The position numbers and the translations under genes were made by a program. The notes beneath the pieces were generated by a model. It saw only the letters and a program-made list of their open reading frames with translations, made no database searches and had not been told where the DNA came from. Source: Nitrospirota bacterium (GTDB lineage Bacteria > Nitrospirota > UBA9217). From it: a stretch of DNA of 64,000 nt. The first letter of the stretch is position 1. Each line of letters starts with the position of its first letter. The stretch spans positions 535,970 to 599,969 of the forward strand of contig CAWJQQ010000008.1 of NCBI GenBank assembly GCA_963845065.1, read 5' to 3'. This document shows, one piece after another, positions 8,822 through 18,792 of this stretch.

Positions 8822-10123
8822 TTAGAGCAAAATCACCTTCCCCATAAAGAGAATCAAACCGGTCCGTATCTCCCGGATAATAAATATAAATGGATGATCG
8901 ATCGTAAACGCCAGAGACTGAGGCGGTAGTGCGGCCCCAGCTAACGTACCGGCAGTCGCCGCTGCCGCCACTGTGCCGTTCTCGTCCACGCTGACGAAGG
9001 CTTGATGGAAGACATCGCTGAAAAAGAGGTCGTGACTTCCGTCAATGCCGGAGAAGTCGGCAGTAGCCGGATTGAATGCGTCGGTCATGCCGAGAGAGAT
9101 CAAAAAGGGCGCTATGTTTGCGTTGTATGTAAAGGTGAATTTGGGGAGAGAAAGATCAATCTCCTGTGCGGCCAGATTGTTGGTAATGTCACCCAGTACG
9201 GTCGGGGTAAGCGAGGACAGAAACGCATCGAACGTGCCGGGATTCGGCATGATCACGAGCATCGAAAAATTGTTTCCGGCATAGGGGATATCGACAGCCT
9301 GGCAGCCGTCTGCCTGCACATAGGATACCGTGAACATTTGGTTCATGAAGGGAACCGATGATGTGGAGCCGTCCTTATTGAAAAAGGACTGATTTGTCGT
9401 GCTCGCTTCCGAAAAATGCGACGCCCAACTTGCTTTGAACCATACGGCGTTCGTAAGAACGATACGGGTTGCTGATGTCACGCCTCCCGGAGGGATTAGA
9501 TCCTGAATCATGTTGTTCGTTTGGCCTGCCACCCATGCGTTGATCGTACTTGGCGCGTTCTCTGGCGCATTCATGAAGTCCACGAGGTACATGCCCGTAC
9601 CGTAATTTACCGCGAGGGTGTCTAAATAAGACGGCAGAATGGATAAACCCACTTGTCCCCAGATTGCGTTGGCGTTATTGAGGATGGGAAGTTGTTCGCC
9701 GGTTGAGGTAATGGCACCTGTGCCCTCGCTCGTGAGCAAAAGGTCGAGCTCATTTAAGGTCGCGTTAAAGCTGTCTTGAGGAAGGGGGAACGATAATGAC
9801 TGTTCGATCCCGTTTAAAGTATTCCCATTTGCGCCCGGCGCTGCAAGAGCAAATGTCTGAGTTATGCTATAGGGAGAGAAAACGGTATTGCTGCTTACAC
9901 TCGGGTCAAGGAGGGGGAAAATCGTAAGGGCGAACTCTGTATTGCCCGCTACGACCGCAGTGAAGTTCGCAGCAGGTACCTGCGGGTTCATGTCTCGCGC
10001 CAAGGACGACTGCACAAGCTGATATTGCGGCGGCATAGTATTTTCGGATTTATTGCATGCGATTACAAGACCAAGAAGGCAGAAGGTAAAGAACCGTAAG
10101 TTCGTGATAATTTTGCTACACAT
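8822..10123 (-). CDS. Serpin family protein (probable lipoprotein)
   Basis: FSPYSI, NAVWFKASW, LPKF, hinge ENGTVAAAAT, DHPFIFIIRE; lipobox-like VIAC. Confidence 0.93.
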   Translation of the reverse strand: MCSKIITNLRFFTFCLLGLVIACNKSENTMPPQYQLVQSSLARDMNPQVPAANFTAVVAGNTEFALTIFPLLDPSVSSNTVFSPYSITQTFALAAPGANGNTLNGIEQSLSFPLPQDSFNATLNELDLLLTSEGTGAITSTGEQLPILNNANAIWGQVGLSILPSYLDTLAVNYGTGMYLVDFMNAPENAPSTINAWVAGQTNNMIQDLIPPGGVTSATRIVLTNAVWFKASWASHFSEASTTNQSFFNKDGSTSSVPFMNQMFTVSYVQADGCQAVDIPYAGNNFSMLVIMPNPGTFDAFLSSLTPTVLGDITNNLAAQEIDLSLPKFTFTYNANIAPFLISLGMTDAFNPATADFSGIDGSHDLFFSDVFHQAFVSVDENGTVAAAATAGTLAGAALPPQSLAFTIDHPFIFIIREIRTGLILFMGKVILL

Positions 10124-10261
10124 AAGCAGTCCTCCTACGAAGAGTTCAGCTTTTTTTGAAAACTAATTATATATTGTCAAGCTTTTGAGTTATTGTCAAT
10201 TTCAGAGACTTGCAACTATGCACTTTATTTCATTTGCCTGTATATGTGGCTTGGAACTGAA

Positions 10262-10730
10262 TGAACTGCACCCCTGTGTTTGAACAGTCAGGTTAGAAGA
10301 ACCAGACAGGGGTTTCCTCCTGATTGATCGTTTAAGTGCTTTTATACCTTTAGATGTTGGACGCCCTGCGCTCTTGGCGCAGGGTCTACACGAGGCTTTT
10401 TAGTCCTTCGGGGTTGAAGTCGCTTCCTATAATTTCCCCAGGATCGATTTTCCGGGGGAGTGCATACTCTGATACCTCACTGCAAGAGTGCCTCAAATTC
10501 AGTTGGGAGCATATAGTCGAGCGAGGTGTGCAGCAGTTTCTGATTATACACGTCCTCGATGAAATAAGGAATTCGTCTCTGAACATTGTCCAGAGTGCGA
10601 TGTGCCCAGAGGTAGACCTCCTCGGTTTTAATGGTCTCATGAAGCTCTCAGCAAAGGCGTTATCGTACGGGTTGCCTTTTCGGGACATGCTGATGTTGAT
10701 TTCGTGGCTTTTGAGTACGTGGACAAGAAA
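10262..10730 (-). pseudogene. IS3-family remnant (orfB C-terminus plus terminal IR)
   Basis: SMSRKGNPYDNAFAESF, then a frameshift to EEVY...FIEDVYNQKLLHTSLDY; IS3-like end TGAACTGCACCCC at 10262. Confidence 0.8.
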
Positions 10731-10880
10731 CTGATTAACTTGCTGCTCATCCGGACCGCGCCGGAAAGAAATGCAAGTACAAAAATCACGATCCCGGCAC
10801 CGGCATGTAAAATTGCTTCTTCATTCTTTTTGACCTCAATTAATGACTAACGCATCACAAAATGATTAGGTCTTTAGTGA

Positions 10881-11435
10881 TTATAGCTTAGGCAACACAC
10901 TCTCAAGACAAAAACACGTCAGTTCCCCAACCTTGTCCCATTCTCTACACGTTTCTGGCAGCAGACACTTACCGCATAACTCTTTGAGCTGCTCTATGCT
11001 GATATCGATCGTCTTTGCCTGCTCATGAACCTTGAGCAACTGTTTCAGATACTTGCCGGCGACCAGGCGATGAAGCTTGTCTTTTTTCTTCAGCCCCAGC
11101 CACTCGAACACGCCCTTGTCACTGCGTGATGAATTGCAGGCCTTGCAAGCTTGAACGAGATTATCCGAAGAATCGTCGCCGCCGCGATTGCGAGGTATAA
11201 GGTGATCGGTGGAAAGGTTGTCCGGCGAACCGCAGAACACGCATTGATGGGGTAGTTCCTGTTCCCGCTCCCATTCGCGGATGGTCCCCGAGATCGTTAT
11301 CTGCCCGTCCCGGAGCTTTTTGAAGCGCTCGGCTACGAAGGGATATTGTATCGATCCATAAGCTGACCGGGAGATCAGCTTGGCATATTCGTAGAGAATT
11401 TCCTCACGGATCGTTTTTACATATCCAGGCGGCAT
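10881..11435 (-). CDS. HNH endonuclease
   Basis: CVFCG...DHLIP...GG...NLVQACKACN; extra C-terminal Cys cluster. Confidence 0.88.
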   Translation of the reverse strand: MPPGYVKTIREEILYEYAKLISRSAYGSIQYPFVAERFKKLRDGQITISGTIREWEREQELPHQCVFCGSPDNLSTDHLIPRNRGGDDSSDNLVQACKACNSSRSDKGVFEWLGLKKKDKLHRLVAGKYLKQLLKVHEQAKTIDISIEQLKELCGKCLLPETCREWDKVGELTCFCLESVLPKL

Positions 11436-11530
11436 AGGTTCTGGCAGGGTCTCCCGATGGCCGAGGAATGATAGAATTTACTCGTAGTAGTCAAAAAGTA
11501 CGCACTTATTAGATAAACCCTATCATTAAT

Positions 11531-12851
11531 CAGCGTTGTCCGGTTAGCAAATTGCATTCAAAGGAGACAATAAAAAAGCATAACATTCTTTCGGCCGGTC
11601 GCTATTAACTTGACATTTAGTAAAATGTGCACAGAAAAAATTTTCGTAAATACCTTTAACTGCAAGGAGTTACGAAAATGCCCTATGTGCTCGATCCGAA
11701 GAACGACTCAGGCAAACGACCGTCATTCAGCCAGTTGCTTCAACCACTGGAAGCGCCATTAATCGACATCGCGTTACTTAAGGCACGAGGGAACAGGCCG
11801 CTACAAATGGAATTTGAAGATCAGCTTCATGCACTCATTTACTTTCACCTTGAGGAACACACTTCAGGTCGTCATCTGTTGCAAGTCCTCAAGGAAGATG
11901 ATTTTGCCCGACAGACGATTGCGCCGAAATCCGGCATTAATAAAAGCAGTTTTTTCGAGGCCATTAATTCAAGAGGCCTTGATCAACTTATGGAATTATA
12001 CCTGGCGCTCCAAGTCAAAGCCACCAAGCTGCTTCCGACTGAATACGGCAATCTCGGCGACCTTGTCGCCGTTGATGGATCTTTGATAGATGCAGTACTT
12101 TCTATGCACTGGGCCGATTACCGGGGCGGTTCAAAAAAAGCCAAGACGCATATAGGCTTCGATATCAATCGTGGTATCCCGACGAAGATATTTTTGACCC
12201 ACGGCAAAGGAGATGAACGCCCTTTTGTAAGCCAGATCATTTCACCGGGTCAGACCAGTGTTCTGGATCGTTACTACCAGCGGCATAAGAACTTTGATCA
12301 GTGGCAAACAGAGAGAAAACATTTTGTCTGCCGGATCAAGGAAAATACAACGATTACTATTATCAGGGCCAATGCCGTAAAACCCGGAAGCATTGTTTTT
12401 TATGACGCCGTTGTCCTGCTCGGGACCAAAGGAGTGAATCAAACGGAAAAAGAACTCCGTTTAGTCGCCTATCGCGTCGCGAATAAAGAATACTGGGTTG
12501 CTACCGATCGGTACGATCTTTCAGCCGAGGAGGTAGCACTGGTTTACAAGCTCAGATGGAACATAGAAACCTTCTTCGGCTGGTGGAAACGCCACCTGAA
12601 GGTCTATCACTTGATTGCAAGAAGCAAACATGGTCTCATGGTCCAAATACTGGGAGGTCTCATCACCTACCTGCTTCTCGCAATTTATTGCTACGAACAG
12701 CACAATGAGAAAGTCAGTATAAAAAGGGTCAGAGAGCTACGCTGCAAAATCAAGAATGAAGCTGCTGAGTTTGAGAATGTGCCTCCCGATCTTGACTGCT
12801 ATAAAATGTCCGGAGGCATTATCTATGCAAAAACGTAACCGGACATTACTG
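11531..12851 (+). mobile_element. IS4-family insertion sequence
   Basis: IRs CAGCGTTGTCCGGTTA and TAACCGGACATTACTG; 9-bp TSD ATCATTAAT at 11522-11530 and 12852-12860. Confidence 0.93.
11678..12838 (+). CDS. IS4-family DDE transposase
   Basis: VDGS, LDRYY, YKLRWNIETFF (YREK motif). Confidence 0.93.
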   Translation: MPYVLDPKNDSGKRPSFSQLLQPLEAPLIDIALLKARGNRPLQMEFEDQLHALIYFHLEEHTSGRHLLQVLKEDDFARQTIAPKSGINKSSFFEAINSRGLDQLMELYLALQVKATKLLPTEYGNLGDLVAVDGSLIDAVLSMHWADYRGGSKKAKTHIGFDINRGIPTKIFLTHGKGDERPFVSQIISPGQTSVLDRYYQRHKNFDQWQTERKHFVCRIKENTTITIIRANAVKPGSIVFYDAVVLLGTKGVNQTEKELRLVAYRVANKEYWVATDRYDLSAEEVALVYKLRWNIETFFGWWKRHLKVYHLIARSKHGLMVQILGGLITYLLLAIYCYEQHNEKVSIKRVRELRCKIKNEAAEFENVPPDLDCYKMSGGIIYAKT

Positions 12852-13392
12852 ATCATTAATGAAGAATATACGCAATAGGGGTTTCCCTATTTTTCACTTC
12901 GATTTCCCTGATACAGCCGGACCAAAAAGTGACAGACTCCTTCAAGGACGACAAGATGAGGAACTTTGGATATAAAATTCGGAATGAAGTATTGATTGTT
13001 GCTAAAAATGATAAGTCCACTGCTTCAGGATGTTTTCTACAATTTCTAAAAAATGAAACTGCCGCGTAATCAATAAGGATTGTGACGACATCTTCACGTC
13101 GTACTCAATCCATAATTCAAGAAGCCCGGAGCGGCAGGATGATGACCGATAGTCTCTATATATAGGGTAATGCTTCGAGGGGTCGTTTTTGGTTAAAGCC
13201 TGAATGGGCAGTTTATGGAGAGTGAGAGCTCGTGTCGGTCTGATTATAAAAAAACAAACGTGATTCCCATTATACTCACACGCAGAAATCATCGCCTGAT
13301 CCGCTCGCGCGGCCGAACGGGAGCGTTGACCCGCAGATGATGCCTGCGGGATCTTACACGAGAAACACGTGGTGAATCAAAATCGTCGGATG

Positions 13393-14493
13393 CTATCCGG
13401 CGCGTGCCAGGTGCTGCGGCGGCGGAGAAATCGAAATCACTTTGAGAAAGCCACCGCAGCACCCGCATGTTGGATGAGGCATTGGGGGCGTCTGTTCGAC
13501 TTCAGACATCGTCACCTCAAATCCATAAGCCAGCTCAATCAGCGTCCTGATGTTCTCAAGCGGGACTTTGCAGGTCGGGCTTAAGAAGCCGTAATATCGC
13601 ACCTTCATGAACCCCGTCGGTAGAACGTGCTGGAGGAAGCGACGCATAAATTCCATCACCTCAAGTTCCAGCGTTCTCCAGCGATTGCTATTGGTCTTTT
13701 TGTAATGAATGAAGATCTGACGATTCTCGACTTTCACGATCCGGCTGTTGGACAAGGCTACCCGAAAGACATAGGGGGCAAGATACTTGAGACTCCCTTC
13801 GCTGTCGCCCACGGCTTGCGAGTTCACGTTCCAGTCGATGCGCCAGACCTCTTCGGGGATTTGATCAAAAAGGCCTGCTTTTTTCATCTCATCCTTGAAC
13901 TTCGCCCGGAAAATGGGAGATAGCGCTTGGACCGGCACATAGAAACCGGTTCCTGACGGTTTCCATGTTTTATCCTCGGACGAAAACGCCCCACCTACGA
14001 CGATATAGTGGACATGGGGGTGAAACTCCAGTGTTCTGCCCCATGTGTGCAGGACCCCGAAGAAGCCCGGCAGATCGCCGCCCATGAACTTGGGGTCGAG
14101 AACCAGCTTTTTCATAGCCGCTGAAGAAGCAGAAAACAAGGCAGCATAAGCTGCTCGTTGATTGCCTCTGATGAACCGACGAATCTGCTCGGGCACCGTG
14201 AACGTGATCATGAAGTGATGTCCTGGCATCCGCCGATCAATCTGTTTTTCGAGCCACTGTCGGCTCTTATGATACTGGCAGGTCGGGCAGTGACGGTTGC
14301 CGCAAGAACGATGGATGGCATGGTCTTTCCCGCAGTCTTCGCAACGGAACCAGGTCGTCCCACAAGCTGGAGTGCGGCAGTTGATAATTGCGTCTATTGC
14401 CTTGCGATGTTCCAGAGGAATCGCTTCGCCAAACCGTGACACGTACTCCGGGGCATAGGTGCGGAAAATCTCATTGATCGTGTCCATGGTCAA
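13393..14493 (-). CDS. IS91-family Y2 (HUH) transposase
   Basis: Paralog of 4602-5696; HPHVH, YLAPY and Zn motifs. Confidence 0.93.
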   Translation of the reverse strand: MTMDTINEIFRTYAPEYVSRFGEAIPLEHRKAIDAIINCRTPACGTTWFRCEDCGKDHAIHRSCGNRHCPTCQYHKSRQWLEKQIDRRMPGHHFMITFTVPEQIRRFIRGNQRAAYAALFSASSAAMKKLVLDPKFMGGDLPGFFGVLHTWGRTLEFHPHVHYIVVGGAFSSEDKTWKPSGTGFYVPVQALSPIFRAKFKDEMKKAGLFDQIPEEVWRIDWNVNSQAVGDSEGSLKYLAPYVFRVALSNSRIVKVENRQIFIHYKKTNSNRWRTLELEVMEFMRRFLQHVLPTGFMKVRYYGFLSPTCKVPLENIRTLIELAYGFEVTMSEVEQTPPMPHPTCGCCGGFLKVISISPPPQHLARAG

Positions 14494-15365
14494 AACCCCG
14501 TCATGAGCTGGTCGATGATTTTGTAAGCGTCTTCCTGACCCTTGGTGGTCAAATGTAGGTAAATCATCGTGGTCTCAAGGCTGGAGTGGCCCATATACTG
14601 CTGGATGACGCTCAGATTCACGCCGGCTTCGAGCAGGTGAGTAGCATAGGCGTGGCGAAGCGTGTGGATGGAGACGTTGCGTTTCTGAATACCCGCTGCG
14701 CGTACCGCGTTCTGAAGCGCCGCCTGCACCGTACTGTATGAAACCGGTTTCCGAATGTCCGAGCCATCTTTGTATATGCCCCGTGAGGGAAAAATCAATC
14801 GGGGGTTTTTGTGAGTGGCCCAATGCTTCCGCAAAAGAGCATACGTCGTACGGGGAAGCGGAACATAACGGTCTTTAGCGCCTTTCCCCCGGTGGATATG
14901 GATCATCATACGGTGTTTATCGATGTCCGGGACTTCGAGGTGTAGCGCTTCCTGGAGCCGAAGGCCGCAGGAATAGACTGTGGAGAGGAAGGCGTGGTTG
15001 CGAGGAGACGTGACGCGGGAAAGGGTGGCGCGTACCTCTTCGATACTAAGCACAGTCGGAAGCCGGTGTTCAGTTTGCGCCCGAATGATGCTCAGGATAT
15101 GCCAGTCACGGCGCAGGACGTTCTCAAAGAAAAAGCGGATGCCGGCATAGCAGACAGCCATGGTTTTGGGCGCCCACTTGCGAACGTTCCTGCAATGGAG
15201 GAAGTATTCCTGAAGCTCTTCTTCGGTGATGAGATCGGGGGTTTTGTTGCCGAAATGCTCAATGAGTAATCGGACTGCGCGTGTGTAACTTTCTTGCGTT
15301 GTGTCGCCCTTACCGCTCAGTTGCAGGGCTTCTTTGGACTTCTCGTACCAGTTTTCCATGACCAT
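14490..15365 (-). CDS. Tyrosine recombinase (N-terminal SAM-like plus catalytic domain)
   Basis: GLR, GKGAKDR, HTLRH, MGH, TMIY all intact. Confidence 0.93.
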   Translation of the reverse strand: MVMENWYEKSKEALQLSGKGDTTQESYTRAVRLLIEHFGNKTPDLITEEELQEYFLHCRNVRKWAPKTMAVCYAGIRFFFENVLRRDWHILSIIRAQTEHRLPTVLSIEEVRATLSRVTSPRNHAFLSTVYSCGLRLQEALHLEVPDIDKHRMMIHIHRGKGAKDRYVPLPRTTYALLRKHWATHKNPRLIFPSRGIYKDGSDIRKPVSYSTVQAALQNAVRAAGIQKRNVSIHTLRHAYATHLLEAGVNLSVIQQYMGHSSLETTMIYLHLTTKGQEDAYKIIDQLMTGF

Positions 15366-15663
15366 ACTCTCCTTGTGCTACAAGATTGAACTGCATTGGA
15401 GATGTATGGTAACACGGAGATTATTCAGGAAATATCAGACAAGGTGGGATGGACGCAGGATGGATGCTTTGCTCTTCTGCCGCGGAGCGGCTTACTTGAA
15501 TTCAGGAAGAGGATCGCGTTGTGGTATCGAAGCATCAGATGAGTATATCACATAGTATTTCTTCTTACAGTGCTTTTTCATAAGCATTCAAACCACCATT
15601 TTTCAAACTAGCGAGAATGGCATTTGCTCAATTGTAAAAATAAATATTGAAATTTTCTAACAT

Positions 15664-17481
15664 TCATCTCCTCAAATGAAACGGAACACTAGTTGAAACC
15701 ACTCCTTTCTTGAAAAAAGCAAATCCTTTTATAAAAAGTGCGGTCTGGTTATTCAAAAGGTGATGCCACCACTTTGTCGGCACAAACTCTGGCAATACCA
15801 GTGTAATGACACCCTCTTTGTATTTATGTTGAACCTTAGCCACATATTCCATGAGTGGTTCTATTATCGACCGGTATGGAGATTCAAGTATAAGTAGAGG
15901 TGCTCCCATGCAGTGAGCGTCCCAATTTTTTTTCATTTTCTCTGTCTCTGGGGGGGCAAGGCTTACATATACTGCTACTACATCATCAGAAAGAGCTACC
16001 GCATATTTAATCGCATCAACGACTGGCTGGTGAATCCCTGCTACGGGCACAATGACTGAGTGATGTTTAAATTCCTTTACATCGGTTAAGCAATATTTGA
16101 CAGAGAGTTGATTCTCAAGTGAAAGATAATACCGATGTATCTTCAGGGTCACATACACAAGGCTGGGTATGGCGATAAGCACTATCCACGCACCGTGTGA
16201 AAACTTTTCGACACAGATAATAAGGAGAACGATTGCTGTTGTAACGGTACCGACACCGTTTATCATGATACTTTTACGCCAGCCCTTTCCCTTATGGGTC
16301 AGCCAGTGTTTGACCATTCCACCTTGTGAAAGGGTAAATGCTGTGAAAACTCCCACGGCGTAAAGGGGAATGAGAGCATGGGTGTCTCCCTTGAAAAACA
16401 CTATGAGCAAGGCTGAGAGAAAACCAAGTATGAGTATGCCATTTGAAAATACTAGCCTGTCACCACGATTGCTGAGCTGTCTTGGTAGGTAACGATCAGT
16501 CGCCATAATAGAGGAAAGTCTCGGAAAGTCCGCAAACGAGGTATTTGCGGCAAGGATCAATATCAATGAGGTAGCAAATTGAATTAAATAGTAAATAAAT
16601 CCTTTCGAAAATACTGCTCTCGCAAGCTGGGAAAGCACGGTTTCATTTTCACTGGGTAATATTCTATAATGGTTTGCAAAAAAAGCAATTCCCAGAGTAA
16701 GCACGCCAAGTATCGCTGCCATCCATAATAGGGTTATCCCTGCATTTTTTGATTCTGGAGGCTTGAATGCCCGAACCCCGTTTGATATAGCCTCAATTCC
16801 TGTGAGTGTGGCACACCCGGATGCAAATGCCCTTAATATGATAAACAGTGGCAATACGTTTGAGGTTGTTTCATAGTTTTCATAGACGGAAAGGTATGGA
16901 GAAGAATAATATTTATTGCCGCTAACAAAGATCAGAAAGAAGAGGCTTCCTATGAAGAGATAAACTGGTACCGAGAATATGTTCCCAGATTCTCTTACTC
17001 CCCTGAGATTAATGATCATAATGAGCAATATGGCAAAAAGGCCCATTATGATCGTATACTGCCGAAGGCTTGGCAATGCCGAAGTGATAGCTGCTATGCC
17101 TGCTGAAATACTGACGGCAACAGTAAGCACATAATCGATCAGTAATGCTGCTCCTGCAACAAGTCCTGGATAGGTACCCAGGTTGTCTTTTGCAACAATG
17201 TAAGCACCCCCACCTGAAGGGTATGCATGGATTGTCTGAAAATATGACGTGGCGACAATCGCAATAAGAACAACGATACCTATCGCTACTGGCACAGAGT
17301 AATGAAGTAAAGCAGTTCCCCCAAGAATAAGAGCGAAAAGAATCTCTTCTGGTCCGTATGCTACGGAGGATAGGGCATCAGAAGAAAAGACAGCCAGTCC
17401 CATTAATTTAGTGAGACGTTCGGATTTTTCCTTTTTGGTTGCGATAGGGCTTCCGATAAGAATTCTCTTAAAGGACATCAA
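15664..17481 (-). CDS. APC-family permease, KimA/YdaO-like (probable K+ transporter)
   Basis: FSSDALSSVAYGPEE, YPSGGGAY, ESPYRS, PEFVP..WWHHLL motifs; many TM segments plus a cytoplasmic domain. Confidence 0.85.
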   Translation of the reverse strand: MMSFKRILIGSPIATKKEKSERLTKLMGLAVFSSDALSSVAYGPEEILFALILGGTALLHYSVPVAIGIVVLIAIVATSYFQTIHAYPSGGGAYIVAKDNLGTYPGLVAGAALLIDYVLTVAVSISAGIAAITSALPSLRQYTIIMGLFAILLIMIINLRGVRESGNIFSVPVYLFIGSLFFLIFVSGNKYYSSPYLSVYENYETTSNVLPLFIILRAFASGCATLTGIEAISNGVRAFKPPESKNAGITLLWMAAILGVLTLGIAFFANHYRILPSENETVLSQLARAVFSKGFIYYLIQFATSLILILAANTSFADFPRLSSIMATDRYLPRQLSNRGDRLVFSNGILILGFLSALLIVFFKGDTHALIPLYAVGVFTAFTLSQGGMVKHWLTHKGKGWRKSIMINGVGTVTTAIVLLIICVEKFSHGAWIVLIAIPSLVYVTLKIHRYYLSLENQLSVKYCLTDVKEFKHHSVIVPVAGIHQPVVDAIKYAVALSDDVVAVYVSLAPPETEKMKKNWDAHCMGAPLLILESPYRSIIEPLMEYVAKVQHKYKEGVITLVLPEFVPTKWWHHLLNNQTALFIKGFAFFKKGVVSTSVPFHLRR

Positions 17482-17504
17482 CGACTCCTTGTAATTTATG
17501 ATGT

Positions 17505-17738
17505 TTAAACACAGTGGAAGGAATGTTGTAGTTTTAAAGCAGTATAATGAAAAATATCCTTAATATAAAGAATAATAATAAGGCATTCTATGAGAAGATG
17601 GTAACAGTTACAGTTTGCGCTACTGGGTTTACTTTGTAAATCCACATCCAGATAAGAAGGGTTGTAAACTACAGCTCCAACACAACCCGTAAGAAGAGTG
17701 CACACAGAAATTACAATTATGTAAACCGTGTATTTCAT
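17505..17738 (-). CDS. Possible small or truncated lipoprotein
   Basis: Lipobox-like LLTGC and RBS GGAG; the remainder is unrecognisable. Confidence 0.3.
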   Translation of the reverse strand: MKYTVYIIVISVCTLLTGCVGAVVYNPSYLDVDLQSKPSSANCNCYHLLIECLIIILYIKDIFHYTALKLQHSFHCV

Positions 17739-18145
17739 CTCATCTCCATTAAACTTATGCTCACCCGTTTATAACAGAATTCTCGTCTCAAACTATATGA
17801 CTGCTATTTAGTTATGTCAATGTCCATGAATGTTAAGAAATTGGATCGATGATTGCGGGATACTACTTCAAAGTTGAACTTCCATTTGCAGGGTCTTCAT
17901 TGCAGTATTCAGGATGAATAGATCAACTTGATTAATTCAAACTGTTCACATCTTTTGTTGGTAACCTGTTCATTACTCTGTTAATAGCCTTTGCTTGAAT
18001 GCAGTTCCCGTGAAGATAATGCAGGCTGCACTACATTTAAGCAGACAACATATTTTAGTCGTATGTCGCAGTGCAAGTTAGAATCAATATTCTTTACGTC
18101 ACTCTCAAATTAGAACGTTTGCGAAGTGCACCTAGTTTGTAGATC

Positions 18146-18550
18146 TTATTGTTTAAAGCAATTAATAAATGGAGTTGAAATTATGCGTTCTAAATCCTTC
18201 CTGAATTGATTGAGGTCTGTTGACTTGTGAAGAAAACTGTATGCCCCTGCCATGACGGCTAACTGTTTATCCGATGCCAGATTCGAATGTGTGAAGATTA
18301 CGACAGGAATGCGGCGAAAACGTTCATCGTTCCGCATTTTCCGCAGCACCTCTAAGCCGTCCAGTTTAGGCATTTTCAAATCGAGCAGTATCAACGAAGG
18401 TAGTGCAGTTAAACCTTCAAGGAGAGCAAGCCCGGCCTCACCGCTTAAGGCGGTATGGGTCCTGATCTTCTGGTTGATTTTCGCTAAGATAAATTTCGTC
18501 ATGAGAATTTCATCCTCGCTATCGTCAATAATGAGCACTGCTAGTTCCAT
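18146..18550 (-). CDS. Single-domain response regulator
   Basis: IIDD, LLDLKMP, conserved T and K. Confidence 0.9.
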   Translation of the reverse strand: MELAVLIIDDSEDEILMTKFILAKINQKIRTHTALSGEAGLALLEGLTALPSLILLDLKMPKLDGLEVLRKMRNDERFRRIPVVIFTHSNLASDKQLAVMAGAYSFLHKSTDLNQFRKDLERIISTPFINCFKQ

Positions 18551-18792
18551 TGTCTCCCTCCAATTGTTGTTGCAAAGAGTCTATTGTTAAGTTTGATAGC
18601 AGCCCTAAAAGTCTCCTAGAAGAGCCTAAAAACGAAAACTGAAAGATTGTTGCATATTATAACTAGAAGCATTGTCAAGTCAAGGATTTGATAAGAGATT
18701 AACTGTGTGATTTCAAGAAGATGCAACTGTTGATGAGTCAGAACGGTAGGGACCGCAAGCTTAATTCACTTCCGTTAAGCTGGGGACATTAA

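Larger units (their letters stand above)
13068..15501 (-). mobile_element. Int+Y2 (IS91-like) element, copy 2, intact
   Basis: Both ends homologous to copy 1, including the terminal hairpin GGATTG..ACGAC..GTCGT..CAATCC (13077-13111). Confidence 0.82.

Noticed and set aside
14490..15365. Integron integrase (intI) call for the Int+Y2 recombinases
   Set aside because: No IntI-specific insertion between the KDR strand and the xFP patch, and no attI or cassette array adjacent
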